Shown here piece by piece: positions 40,251 through 48,785 of a stretch of 64,000 nt of DNA. The stretch is from an uncultured virus (IMG/VR IMGVR_UViG_3300042544_003642) (taxonomy: Duplodnaviria > Heunggongvirae > Uroviricota > Caudoviricetes). Location of the stretch: IMG/VR virus record IMGVR_UViG_3300042544_003642, one strand, 5' to 3'. Within the stretch, counting starts at the first letter, position 1. The number at the start of each line of letters is the position of its first letter. The notes below the pieces were generated by a model. It saw only the letters and a program-made list of their open reading frames with translations, was not told the origin of the DNA and made no database searches. Both the position numbers and the translations under genes were made by a program.

Positions 40251-40336
40251 GCGGCGTTAGCTCAGGGGTTAGAGCACAAGTCTTCCAAACTTGAGGCGAA
40301 TAGGTTCCATCGGTTCGAATCCGATACGCCGCTCCA
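40251..40336 (+). tRNA. tRNA-Gly(TCC) with enlarged variable region
   Basis: caagt-ctTCCaa-acttg; 15-nt variable region; TCCA end. Confidence 0.85.
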
Positions 40337-40466
40337 TTTAAACTTACTAACAGTTTTTGAGACGCATACTATCGTGTTTGTTTTTGATTGTGTTAAACTT
40401 AAAATTACTACAAACATTCGTAGTTGACGTTGCAGAAAAGATCAATATAGTAAAACTACAAGTTAA

Positions 40467-40590
40467 GGATCCGTGGTCTAATTGGATAAGGCAAGAGCCT
40501 TCCGGTCCCGCAGGTAGCATTCAAGGTTCGAATCCTTGGGGACCGCTCCTAAGCTCTTCGATGGGGGTTCGAATCCCTCCGGGTCCGCCA
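40467..40590 (+). tRNA. tRNA-Arg(CCT) with 47-nt anticodon-loop insert
   Basis: Canonical 77-nt cloverleaf after removing 40501-40547. Confidence 0.85.
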
Positions 40591-40622
40591 CTTACTACAC
40601 TCTTATAAAAGAACCCAACCTA

Positions 40623-41414
40623 ATGCAACCACTCACCCCCGATCAAACCCAACGCATAAAAGAATTATGGCATCAAGCCGAAGGAATTGTGATCTTGGCT
40701 GGTGCCGGCATGAGTGTAGACAGTGGCTTGCCAGATTTTCGAGGCGCCACAGGCTTGTGGACCGAGGCCAAAGAAAACTTTCTCAAGAAAGCTACAGCCA
40801 AAAGTTTTGACACCAATCCCCTTGAGGCTTGGAACTTTTACGTTGGCCGCATGATTAAATATCAAGACACTGTCCCACATGAGGGTTACAAGATCCTCCT
40901 GGATCTCCTACAATCACACAACAAAAAAAGTTTTGTAGTAACCAGTAATGTTGATGGCCATTTTTTGAAAGCTGGTTATGACCCACAATATCTCTATGAG
41001 ATACATGGCAATCTGCGAAAAATTCAGTGCACTCAACCCTGTTGCCGAAACTTACCCTCTATGCCAAAATTTTCTTCCCTGCTCACCTCAGAACAGGAAA
41101 TCCCCAAATGCCCCTACTGCAACAAGAATGCTCGACCAAATGTGCTGATGTTCAACGACCCAGGGATTGTTTGGACACAAATTGATCAAGGTCAAGAAAA
41201 TTTTCGGAATTGGGCAGCATCAAAGATGGAGGTTTTGGGTATTGAAATTGGTGCAGGAACTGGAATCCCCAGCATTAGGATCTTTGGTCAAGAACGCACC
41301 ACTAACTTGATTCGCATCAATCCACATGAGTTTGAAACTTCACGTACAAGTGATTTAGGAATCTCTGCCGGTGGGTTAGAAGGGATACGGGCCCTAGAGA
41401 GGGCTGTGGGCTAG
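40623..41414 (+). CDS. Sir2-family NAD-dependent deacylase
   Basis: GAGMSVDSGLPDFRG, TSNVDG, EIHG, Zn cysteines, RPNVLMF. Confidence 0.92.
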   Translation: MQPLTPDQTQRIKELWHQAEGIVILAGAGMSVDSGLPDFRGATGLWTEAKENFLKKATAKSFDTNPLEAWNFYVGRMIKYQDTVPHEGYKILLDLLQSHNKKSFVVTSNVDGHFLKAGYDPQYLYEIHGNLRKIQCTQPCCRNLPSMPKFSSLLTSEQEIPKCPYCNKNARPNVLMFNDPGIVWTQIDQGQENFRNWAASKMEVLGIEIGAGTGIPSIRIFGQERTTNLIRINPHEFETSRTSDLGISAGGLEGIRALERAVG

Positions 41415-41508
41415 CCTTACGCCCTCGCTATCTCTTGCTGATGTTGCATATGGTTATTTAAAGAATCTCCTAGAGATATAAATAATTTAAAATCTTAAGG
41501 AATACTCT

Positions 41509-41754
41509 ATGAGCGACGACATCAAAAAATACAGAGCCATTGTGGAACAATCACACGCTAATGTATCAGGCAAAAAGAGGTTGACAGAAAATACCCAATC
41601 AACAGCACAAATGATTCTAGAGAGCCTACAAGGACAAAAGGTCAGCAAGGACCAATTGTTTGGCGCGCTAATCAACAATCCTCGCATTCGCTCTAGTTCT
41701 GCTGCTGTGCGTGTGTTGCAGGAAATGAAGGCTGGTCTCAAAAAGTCTGTGTGA
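41509..41754 (+). CDS. hypothetical protein
   Basis: TATAAATA and SD upstream; terminator downstream. Confidence 0.6.
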   Translation: MSDDIKKYRAIVEQSHANVSGKKRLTENTQSTAQMILESLQGQKVSKDQLFGALINNPRIRSSSAAVRVLQEMKAGLKKSV

Positions 41755-41781
41755 AACACAACTGATTATAGTCAATAATTT

Positions 41782-41818
41782 AGTCCTGACCTGGAAACTC
41801 TGGGTCAGGACTTTCTTT
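41782..41818 (+). terminator. rho-independent terminator
   Basis: agtcctgacctgg...ctgggtcaggact-ttcttt. Confidence 0.7.
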
Positions 41819-41849
41819 GGTTAAATACTCGACCTAGGAGACGTAGAGA

Positions 41850-42806
41850 ATGCAACTGGATCAAGTATTAGCACAAGAAAATCAAAACCTTACAGAGGCA
41901 TTGGGCAAGTGGGGCACGCTGGGGGCACTGGGCTTGAGTGCAGCTTTGGGTGCCTATGGTGGCTCTGCTCAAGGAAGTGCATTAGCCAAAAGCCTTTTGG
42001 GCAAAAGTGCACCTGGCCAAGAGCGAGTGGTTTCTCCATCAATTCCTCCACTGGCTGTGCCACCAACAGCATCCACACCACAAACCGTTGCGCCCAAGCC
42101 CGCAACCGACCTTCCCCTGCCCCCAATTCCGCCAAAAGCTGTGCCAACAGTGAAACCCAGTGGCAAAGATGTGCATCCCAATTTTCCGCCAGCCCTACAA
42201 TCTCAGCCTACAGCAGCTCCTGGCGACAAAATCAACAGCTTTGTACAAAACTTGTTGCCTAGTATTCGTGAGATAAATCAAGAAATATTACGTGACAGGA
42301 CGACGTTGAAATCTATTATGCAGAGGCAAAGTCTCACACCAGCACAACAAACATGGCTGGAAGACAAGATGACCCGTTACAGAGCTAGTAATGTTCGTGA
42401 GCTGTTGCAAAAGATGGATGTGATTCCTCCCAGCTTGGTATTGAGCCAAGCAGGCTTGGAAAGCGGCTGGGGAACATCAGACATTGCCCGCCAATTCAAT
42501 GCCTTTTTTGGTCAAAAAACTTGGGGAGACAAAAATGCTGTTATTGCACCTGGTGGTGAACGCTATCAAACCTTTGACAATCCCGCCCAAAGCATACGAA
42601 GTTACATTCAAAATTTGAACAGTCATCCTGCTTATCAAAGTTTGCGACAAACTCGAGCACAGCTTAGGAAAGCCAACAAGCCCTTGACAGGCGATGTATT
42701 GGCTACTGGGTTGGAAAAATACAGCACCAAGGGCAAGGATTATGTACGCCAAGTTCAAGGCATGATCCGGGGCAGACAGTGGACAGATTTGGATAAAAAT
42801 CACTAG
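41850..42806 (+). CDS. glucosaminidase (GH73/Bax-like) peptidoglycan hydrolase
   Basis: QAGLESGWGTS, NAFFG, Y..NLNSHPAY, YS. Confidence 0.85.
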   Translation: MQLDQVLAQENQNLTEALGKWGTLGALGLSAALGAYGGSAQGSALAKSLLGKSAPGQERVVSPSIPPLAVPPTASTPQTVAPKPATDLPLPPIPPKAVPTVKPSGKDVHPNFPPALQSQPTAAPGDKINSFVQNLLPSIREINQEILRDRTTLKSIMQRQSLTPAQQTWLEDKMTRYRASNVRELLQKMDVIPPSLVLSQAGLESGWGTSDIARQFNAFFGQKTWGDKNAVIAPGGERYQTFDNPAQSIRSYIQNLNSHPAYQSLRQTRAQLRKANKPLTGDVLATGLEKYSTKGKDYVRQVQGMIRGRQWTDLDKNH

Positions 42807-42843
42807 TATTGTATACTCCAACTAAAAATTTGGAGAACTAGAG

Positions 42844-44223
42844 TTGAGTTACAAAGGTAAAATTGTTATTTTGGGATTTGGCAGCATTGGCAGTGGACTT
42901 TTACCATTGTTGCTCAAACATTTTCAGCCGGAAAAGATTTTAGTTATTGGTGCTGATGACCGAAACATCAACATCTCCGCCAAATACAGTGTGGCTCACA
43001 TTATTGAGCCAGTGCTTCCTGGTAATTATCAAAGTGTGCTGGCTCGCTATACTCAACCGGGTGATTTTTTGGTCAATCTCAGTGTAAATGTGAGTAGCAA
43101 GGCCCTAGTTGAGTGGTGCCAACTGAACCAAGTTCTCTACCAAGACACTTGTATTGAGCCCTGGGAAGGTTTTTATACTGACACAAGCCTTCCAGTAGAG
43201 CGTAGGAGCAATTATGCACTACGCCAAGAGATGTTGGACTACAGAGCCAACCTGCCCAACGGAAACAAAGGCCCTACAGCCATTATGGCACACGGTGCCA
43301 ATCCAGGCCTAGTGAATCATTTTGTGAAGCGTGCGCTTTTGAACATTGCATACAAACTGGGAAGCAACCTAAACCCAAAAACACGAGCTGATTGGACCAC
43401 TCTCTCCCAAACACTGGGCTTGAAAGTGATCCACATTGCTGAACGCGATACTCAAACTCCCAAGAGTCCAAAAGCTCGCGGCGAGTTTGTGAACACCTGG
43501 AGTGTGGATGGCTTTGTGAGTGAGGGCTTGCAACCCAGTGAGTTGGGCTGGGGAACTCATGAGAAAAGTTTACCCCAGGATGCCCAACGTTTCAGCTTTG
43601 GTTGTCAGTCTGCGATCTACTTGAACCGACCAGGTTGTGTTACCAAGGTACGGAGTTGGACACCTGGCGAAGGGGCGTATCAAGGTTGGTTGGTAACACA
43701 CAATGAAAGCATCAGCATCTCTGACTACTTCAGCAACAGTGAGTATCGTCCCACAGTGCATTACGCATATCATCCCTGTGACTCAGCAGTAATGAGCATG
43801 CACGAGCTGGCTGGCAAAAACTACACTCAACAAACCTCTCAAAGACTCATTGTGGATGAAGTAGAAAGTGGGGTAGATGAGCTGGGGGTGTTGCTCATGG
43901 GAACATTTGGGGCCTATTGGTATGGCAGCCATCTCAGCATTCAAGAGGCAAGGAAACTGGCTCCCCACAACAATGCCACAAGCTTGCAAGTGGTGGCACC
44001 AGTGCTGGCAGGAATTTTGTGGGCCATTGAGCATCCCAATGAGGGCATCCTGGAAGCTGATGAGCTGCCTTTCCAAGAGATTACCAAGGTCACTGATCCC
44101 TATATGGGAAATTTGGTTGGCGCCTACACAAACTGGACTCCACTGGAGGATCGCGGACTTTTGTTTCCGGAAGAGGTTGACTCAAGTGATCCTTGGCAGT
44201 TCCTAAACTTTAGAGTCAGTTGA
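42844..44223 (+). CDS. hss: homospermidine synthase
   Basis: GFGSIG, HGANPGLV, NTWSVDGF, HNESISI, NATSLQV, DPWQF. Confidence 0.93.
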   Translation: MSYKGKIVILGFGSIGSGLLPLLLKHFQPEKILVIGADDRNINISAKYSVAHIIEPVLPGNYQSVLARYTQPGDFLVNLSVNVSSKALVEWCQLNQVLYQDTCIEPWEGFYTDTSLPVERRSNYALRQEMLDYRANLPNGNKGPTAIMAHGANPGLVNHFVKRALLNIAYKLGSNLNPKTRADWTTLSQTLGLKVIHIAERDTQTPKSPKARGEFVNTWSVDGFVSEGLQPSELGWGTHEKSLPQDAQRFSFGCQSAIYLNRPGCVTKVRSWTPGEGAYQGWLVTHNESISISDYFSNSEYRPTVHYAYHPCDSAVMSMHELAGKNYTQQTSQRLIVDEVESGVDELGVLLMGTFGAYWYGSHLSIQEARKLAPHNNATSLQVVAPVLAGILWAIEHPNEGILEADELPFQEITKVTDPYMGNLVGAYTNWTPLEDRGLLFPEEVDSSDPWQFLNFRVS

Positions 44224-44268
44224 CAGACAGCCAATGCATGTTATGCTCTATTATTAGAGGAGTAGCAG

Positions 44269-45069
44269 ATGCATTGGATTATTCAGGACAACCTGCTCAA
44301 TGAGCGCAACTATAGCAGCCTTCTGGAAGCTCTAGTTCGTCTTCAAATCCCTCATGACATTGTCAAGGTGATTCCGTTCACAAGTGGGTTGCCATGGGAA
44401 GAGCGAATTACTCCCCTGGTAGACCCTCAAGGACACGTGATGGTGAGTGGGAGCATCAGCCTGGCTACACTGGCTACTGATCGTGGTTGGACCCCAGGCA
44501 GCTTTCACAATGAGAACCATGACTTTCAAGTGTGGCGTGAACACATGAAAGGTCATCTCCTCAATGAGGAGGCAGTGGTGTGCAAGTTTGGTGATGTGCC
44601 CCATTTGTGGGATCGCTTTTTTATCCGACCCACAGAAGACACCAAGAGCTTCAACGGGCAGATAATAGACTGGCAGGCGTTCCTATCTTGGCAACGTAAG
44701 GTGATTGGATTGCGTGAGACCTATACTACTCTTGATGAGAACACTCCAGTTGTGGTGAGTGAACTCAAACAGATATATCGGGAGGCCCGATTTTTTGTAG
44801 TAGATGGAGAAGTCATCACAGGCAGCACCTACAAGATTGGAAGCCGCGTTTGTCCAACAGCAGAAGTGCCACCCACAATGTGGGAATATGCTCAACGCAT
44901 GGCTGGAAAGTGGGGACCAGCTCGAGCCTATGTGATTGACCTGGCTCTTACTGACGATGCTGATGATGGATACAACAAGATTATTGAATACAACTGCTGC
45001 AATTGTGCAGGGTTTTATGAGATTGATGTGCAGAAATGGATTATGGCCATTGAAAACATGGAGTTTTAG
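44269..45069 (+). CDS. ATP-grasp domain protein (DUF4343-like)
   Basis: FIRPTEDTKSFNG, EARFFVV, VIDLA, IIEYN. Confidence 0.75.
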   Translation: MHWIIQDNLLNERNYSSLLEALVRLQIPHDIVKVIPFTSGLPWEERITPLVDPQGHVMVSGSISLATLATDRGWTPGSFHNENHDFQVWREHMKGHLLNEEAVVCKFGDVPHLWDRFFIRPTEDTKSFNGQIIDWQAFLSWQRKVIGLRETYTTLDENTPVVVSELKQIYREARFFVVDGEVITGSTYKIGSRVCPTAEVPPTMWEYAQRMAGKWGPARAYVIDLALTDDADDGYNKIIEYNCCNCAGFYEIDVQKWIMAIENMEF

Positions 45070-45678
45070 GTGTTCAAGTTGCTGGCCAAGTTGCCTCGAG
45101 AACTGGGGGTAGCGTGTAGCGGTGGTGTAGACAGCATGGCGGTGCTGGATTTTTTGCGCCTCCGGCACAACGTCACTGTGTGTTTTTTTCATCATGACAC
45201 CGAAACAAGTTCAAAAGCGTTGAGCTTTCTCAGCACATACTGTTATGAGAACTCCATTCCCATGCGAGTGGATTTTTTGGTTGATGCGTGCCCCAAAGGG
45301 GTTTCAATGGAAGAACATTGGCGCAACAGTCGATATGAGTTTTTGCACAGCATCGAAGGAGTTGTGGTAACAGGGCATCATCTAGATGATTGTGTGGAGA
45401 CCTATCTCTTCAACTGTTTGCATGGGAAAACACACACCATTCCCATGTGGCGGAACAATGTGGTGCGACCCTTTCTCACCACACCCAAGAGTGTGTTTGA
45501 AAGTTGGTGTGTGAGACATGAGGTGCCTTGGGTTGAGGATGAGAGCAATAAAGATTTGAAGTATATGCGGAATCACATTCGTCATAAGATTGTACCGGAG
45601 GCACTCAAGGTCAATCCAGGCTTGAGGAAGGTGGTCAAGCGGCTGGTTCTTCAAAGCATGCAAACAGAAAATAGTTGA
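45070..45678 (+). CDS. tilS: tRNA(Ile)-lysidine synthetase (minimal PP-loop)
   Basis: SGGVDS, TGHHLDD, RP, DESN...RNHIRH. Confidence 0.88.
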   Translation: MFKLLAKLPRELGVACSGGVDSMAVLDFLRLRHNVTVCFFHHDTETSSKALSFLSTYCYENSIPMRVDFLVDACPKGVSMEEHWRNSRYEFLHSIEGVVVTGHHLDDCVETYLFNCLHGKTHTIPMWRNNVVRPFLTTPKSVFESWCVRHEVPWVEDESNKDLKYMRNHIRHKIVPEALKVNPGLRKVVKRLVLQSMQTENS

Positions 45679-45718
45679 CAGACTGCGATTTAGCGCATAT
45701 TATATGAGCAGTTGATAA

Positions 45719-45792
45719 GGACGCATAGCTCAATTGGTTAGAGTCGGCCGCTCATAACGGTCTTGTTCCAGGTTCGAGCCCTGGTGTGTCCA
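45719..45792 (+). tRNA. tRNA(CAT), probably Ile2
   Basis: ggccg-ctCATaa-cggtc; directly downstream of tilS. Confidence 0.82.
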
Positions 45793-45843
45793 GTAACCCC
45801 CTAACATTTTGACCTCCGTCTCCTGCACCATTATAATCAGCCT

Positions 45844-46431
45844 ATGCAGCCTCCATTTGAATTCAAGGTGACTGATGTAGTCACCGCACAAACACTTATT
45901 AAAAACCAATGGCCAACAAAAATCATCACTCTCTTGGGGCAAGAATATCCCAATGGTGTGCCCAGCGAGGGAAGTCATCATCTCACTGTCTCTGTTGATG
46001 ACATCACCTATCCTGCTCCTGGCTGGAACACACCTTCAACATTCCATGTTGATACTATTTTGAAATTCTCAAAAGGTTTTGAGCCAACTGATCGAGTGTT
46101 GTTTCATTGTTTCGCCGGAATAAGCAGAAGCACTGCAACAGCAATTGGGGTATTATGCCAACATCAAATCTCTCCAACTGATGCAGTTGTGTTGGTTGAA
46201 CAAGCTACCGCAGGGTTAGATCCAAATGAACTGATTCTATTTCACTTTGACAGCCTGTTGGGATTGAAGTTGGGTTTGATGGACAGTTATCGGAGCTGGA
46301 GTGTGACTCAAAACGGAAGGCTGGTGAATCGCATGCCACGAAACTTCTCAGCTGAGCTTGAGCGCAATGCTCGAGAGTATTACTCTCAAATGAGTCAGCG
46401 CAAGAGCATCAAAAATATGGATCTGTTATAA
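45844..46431 (+). CDS. protein tyrosine/dual-specificity phosphatase-like
   Basis: HCFAGISRS (CX5R) motif. Confidence 0.85.
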   Translation: MQPPFEFKVTDVVTAQTLIKNQWPTKIITLLGQEYPNGVPSEGSHHLTVSVDDITYPAPGWNTPSTFHVDTILKFSKGFEPTDRVLFHCFAGISRSTATAIGVLCQHQISPTDAVVLVEQATAGLDPNELILFHFDSLLGLKLGLMDSYRSWSVTQNGRLVNRMPRNFSAELERNAREYYSQMSQRKSIKNMDLL

Positions 46432-46987
46432 CCCAAACCGTTCCGCGTCGCATGATGTTGAGGGGATGCAGGTCCAGTCTAGGACCAATCTTTTTCAATT
46501 GGCGTGTCATCAGCTGAACCACTTCCTCTGCATCTCTGCTGAGAGATGAACACTCAATAACGTCTTTGTCTATGTTTGTCCAATATAATGTTTGGCCAAG
46601 ATTAGCATACAGTTGTTTGGCCACACAAAATGCCTCAGGCATTTCAATTTTTATATCAAATTCAGTCACTCGGGCTAGTTTTTCCATTCTCACATAACTG
46701 AAAAGCGTGCCAGGAATCTTTCTCTGCTCTCTACTGAATTTGGGAAAATGTGGGTTTTGAGGCACTCTTTGCGCCAAATCCACAAACTTGGTGTAGAGGC
46801 TCCCTGTGGGGTAGATTTTCAGCACATAAAGCTTGCTGGGATGCTCGGCCACAGCCGCCTCACTTCCTCTACCCAACACAGTCCAGCCACGCTCTCGCAA
46901 CAGGTTTGACAGTTCTGTTCCAAACCCATAATTCAATTTGCCAATGGCTTTGAGCTCACGCTTCAGTTGTAGTTCAGCTAATTGCAT
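46409..46987 (-). CDS. minimal protein-kinase-like protein, paralog of 26212
   Basis: LGRGSEAAV, VLK, NPHFPKF, MEKL, DLHPLNIM, TDP. Confidence 0.75.
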   Translation of the reverse strand: MQLAELQLKRELKAIGKLNYGFGTELSNLLRERGWTVLGRGSEAAVAEHPSKLYVLKIYPTGSLYTKFVDLAQRVPQNPHFPKFSREQRKIPGTLFSYVRMEKLARVTEFDIKIEMPEAFCVAKQLYANLGQTLYWTNIDKDVIECSSLSRDAEEVVQLMTRQLKKIGPRLDLHPLNIMRRGTVWVITDPYF

Positions 46988-47057
46988 ATGATATTTACTG
47001 ATTTGTGATGAAAATTCTGTTTAAATAAACTAGCTGCTTTATTTTGGGAGACAGAGT

Positions 47058-47498
47058 TTGATCGTTGTGCTCAACACGCCACACAGTCCATTAGCCGAGC
47101 TCATCCTGGGAGATCCTGTTCGACCTCATATTCCAATTGAAACTCGATTCACCAATGGCGAAGTTTGGATGCTGTGCAATGAGCAAGATGATGTTGCGGC
47201 TGTGTTGTGTGTAAGTTGGCAGGATTTTGTGCCCGAGAGTGAAAGTGAGTTGTTCCAATGCAGTGGAGTGAGCCCAAGTGTGGCTGTGTTTTACACGGTG
47301 TGGAGTCTCTCACCAGGCGCCGGGCAAAAGATGATCCAGGAAGCGCAAAAACGTTTGAAACACGCTTATCCACATATTCAGCGTGCAGTAACACTCAGTC
47401 CGCCCACAGCTATGGCACGCAAGTTTCATCTCCGGAATGGGGCATTTGAATTGCAAGTAAATTCCACAACTGTGAATTTTGAATACGCCCTCTCTTGA
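47058..47498 (+). CDS. hypothetical GNAT-like phage protein
   Basis: DPVRPHIP, AVFYTVWS..PGAG, TLSP.TAMARKFHLRNGA. Confidence 0.55.
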   Translation: MIVVLNTPHSPLAELILGDPVRPHIPIETRFTNGEVWMLCNEQDDVAAVLCVSWQDFVPESESELFQCSGVSPSVAVFYTVWSLSPGAGQKMIQEAQKRLKHAYPHIQRAVTLSPPTAMARKFHLRNGAFELQVNSTTVNFEYALS

Positions 47499-47534
47499 CG
47501 TTGTGTTTCGAGTCTGCTATACAATGTCTAGTAC

Positions 47535-47608
47535 GGCCCCATAAGACAAAGGTAGTCAGCTGGACTCTAAATCCAGTGGTGTGAGTTCAAATCTCACTGG
47601 TGCCACCA
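47535..47608 (+). tRNA. amber suppressor tRNA (CTA anticodon)
   Basis: gctgga-ctCTAaa-tccagt; TTCAAAT T-loop; CCA; own promoter upstream. Confidence 0.85.
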
Positions 47609-47742
47609 AAAGTTTACAAAAAGGTTTTCAAACAAAATAATGACCTAGGTTTCACACAAGTTTGAACTTTTCTTTGACCCGCAAGCGGCCTCTGTGCCCT
47701 TGCGGGTTTCTTCATATCAACTCAACAAGAAGGAACAAAAAC

Positions 47743-48291
47743 ATGACTGAGATTTTCTGCGAAGAAATTGTCTTCCATTTTAACAAAAAGAACTTGGAAG
47801 ATCCCGCTGTACCAATGTGGACCTTGAAAACCAAGGGCCAGTCACTATATGTGAGCCACGTTAGTTGCGAGTGTCCTTGGACCACCAAGGAAACACCTGA
47901 TAACCAATCTACTAAAGGATCAATAAAAGTTAAGAACGCACTACTAATCATCAATGATTTCAATGAGGCAACCTTGCGACCAGCGACCTCAGCGGACAAG
48001 GCACGTTTGAAAGGAGAATGCCTGGTTAGAGTGGGCTGGTTGGGATTGGACCACAATGTGATGAAGGAGTTTTTGCAGAAGAATGAAATTGCTACCACCG
48101 AATGGAAAAATCTCCTTGGAGGATGTGGCAGCAGCTATTGGATAACTGATGTGTTGAGCAATAGTGATGTAGTGCAGATGGAATTGGCACTTTGGGGAAA
48201 ATTCAGAAGGCTACAGCCCAACGAGCCATTGTATAGAGGTTATGATAGCGCAGGGAATGAATGGATTGACGATGATGACGAGGGCGGTTAA
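47743..48291 (+). CDS. hypothetical protein
   Basis: FHFNKK..DP..PMW, WTTKETPDN..TKGSIK; SD AAGGA. Confidence 0.65.
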   Translation: MTEIFCEEIVFHFNKKNLEDPAVPMWTLKTKGQSLYVSHVSCECPWTTKETPDNQSTKGSIKVKNALLIINDFNEATLRPATSADKARLKGECLVRVGWLGLDHNVMKEFLQKNEIATTEWKNLLGGCGSSYWITDVLSNSDVVQMELALWGKFRRLQPNEPLYRGYDSAGNEWIDDDDEGG

Positions 48292-48494
48292 CTCATCCAA
48301 GCCAGCATGAACGCTGTTTTCAACTCATTGTTAGGAAAGTATATCAAAAAGTTGCCAGTGGGGGTTTTGATAGCCTTAGCCTCATAGAGGTCAAACAACC
48401 AATCGTGTGCGTCGTTCCAACTGACAAATCCCTGCGAGCGCCAGAGAAGGGGCCACCAAAGGCTGTTGCGAGTCACTAATACTGAGTCTGTCAT
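48288..48494 (-). CDS. small hypothetical (F-x-L-x-W family)
   Basis: YFPNNELKTAFMLAW. Confidence 0.55.
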   Translation of the reverse strand: MTDSVLVTRNSLWWPLLWRSQGFVSWNDAHDWLFDLYEAKAIKTPTGNFLIYFPNNELKTAFMLAWMS

Positions 48495-48721
48495 TCACTT
48501 GCCCACGAGAGTTGAAATTGAACTTTGGTATCAGCATCAGGAAAACACAAGATCAACACATCCGAATGCTCTACCATAGCCACACCGTATTTTTCCTGCA
48601 GAAAATTTCTCAAGCCTTCATACGTGCTGGCGTCAACAGTGGCAATAAAGTCTCGCCACCAATTGCTGCGCGGCACAACAAAAAGACAACACGCATGAGT
48701 CATAGGTAGGCTAGCACTCAT
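48491..48721 (-). CDS. small hypothetical (F-x-L-x-W family)
   Basis: CFPDADTKVQFQLSW. Confidence 0.55.
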   Translation of the reverse strand: MSASLPMTHACCLFVVPRSNWWRDFIATVDASTYEGLRNFLQEKYGVAMVEHSDVLILCFPDADTKVQFQLSWASE

Positions 48722-48785
48722 AGAGTGTGCGATTCTTGGAGAGTGATGGGTTCAAAAGATTCACATTCTGTTGCTTAAATAGAGT

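Noticed and set aside
47535..47608. Bona fide pyrrolysine system
   Set aside because: A73 discriminator, standard T-loop and no pylS/pylBCD in the window; called a generic amber suppressor.
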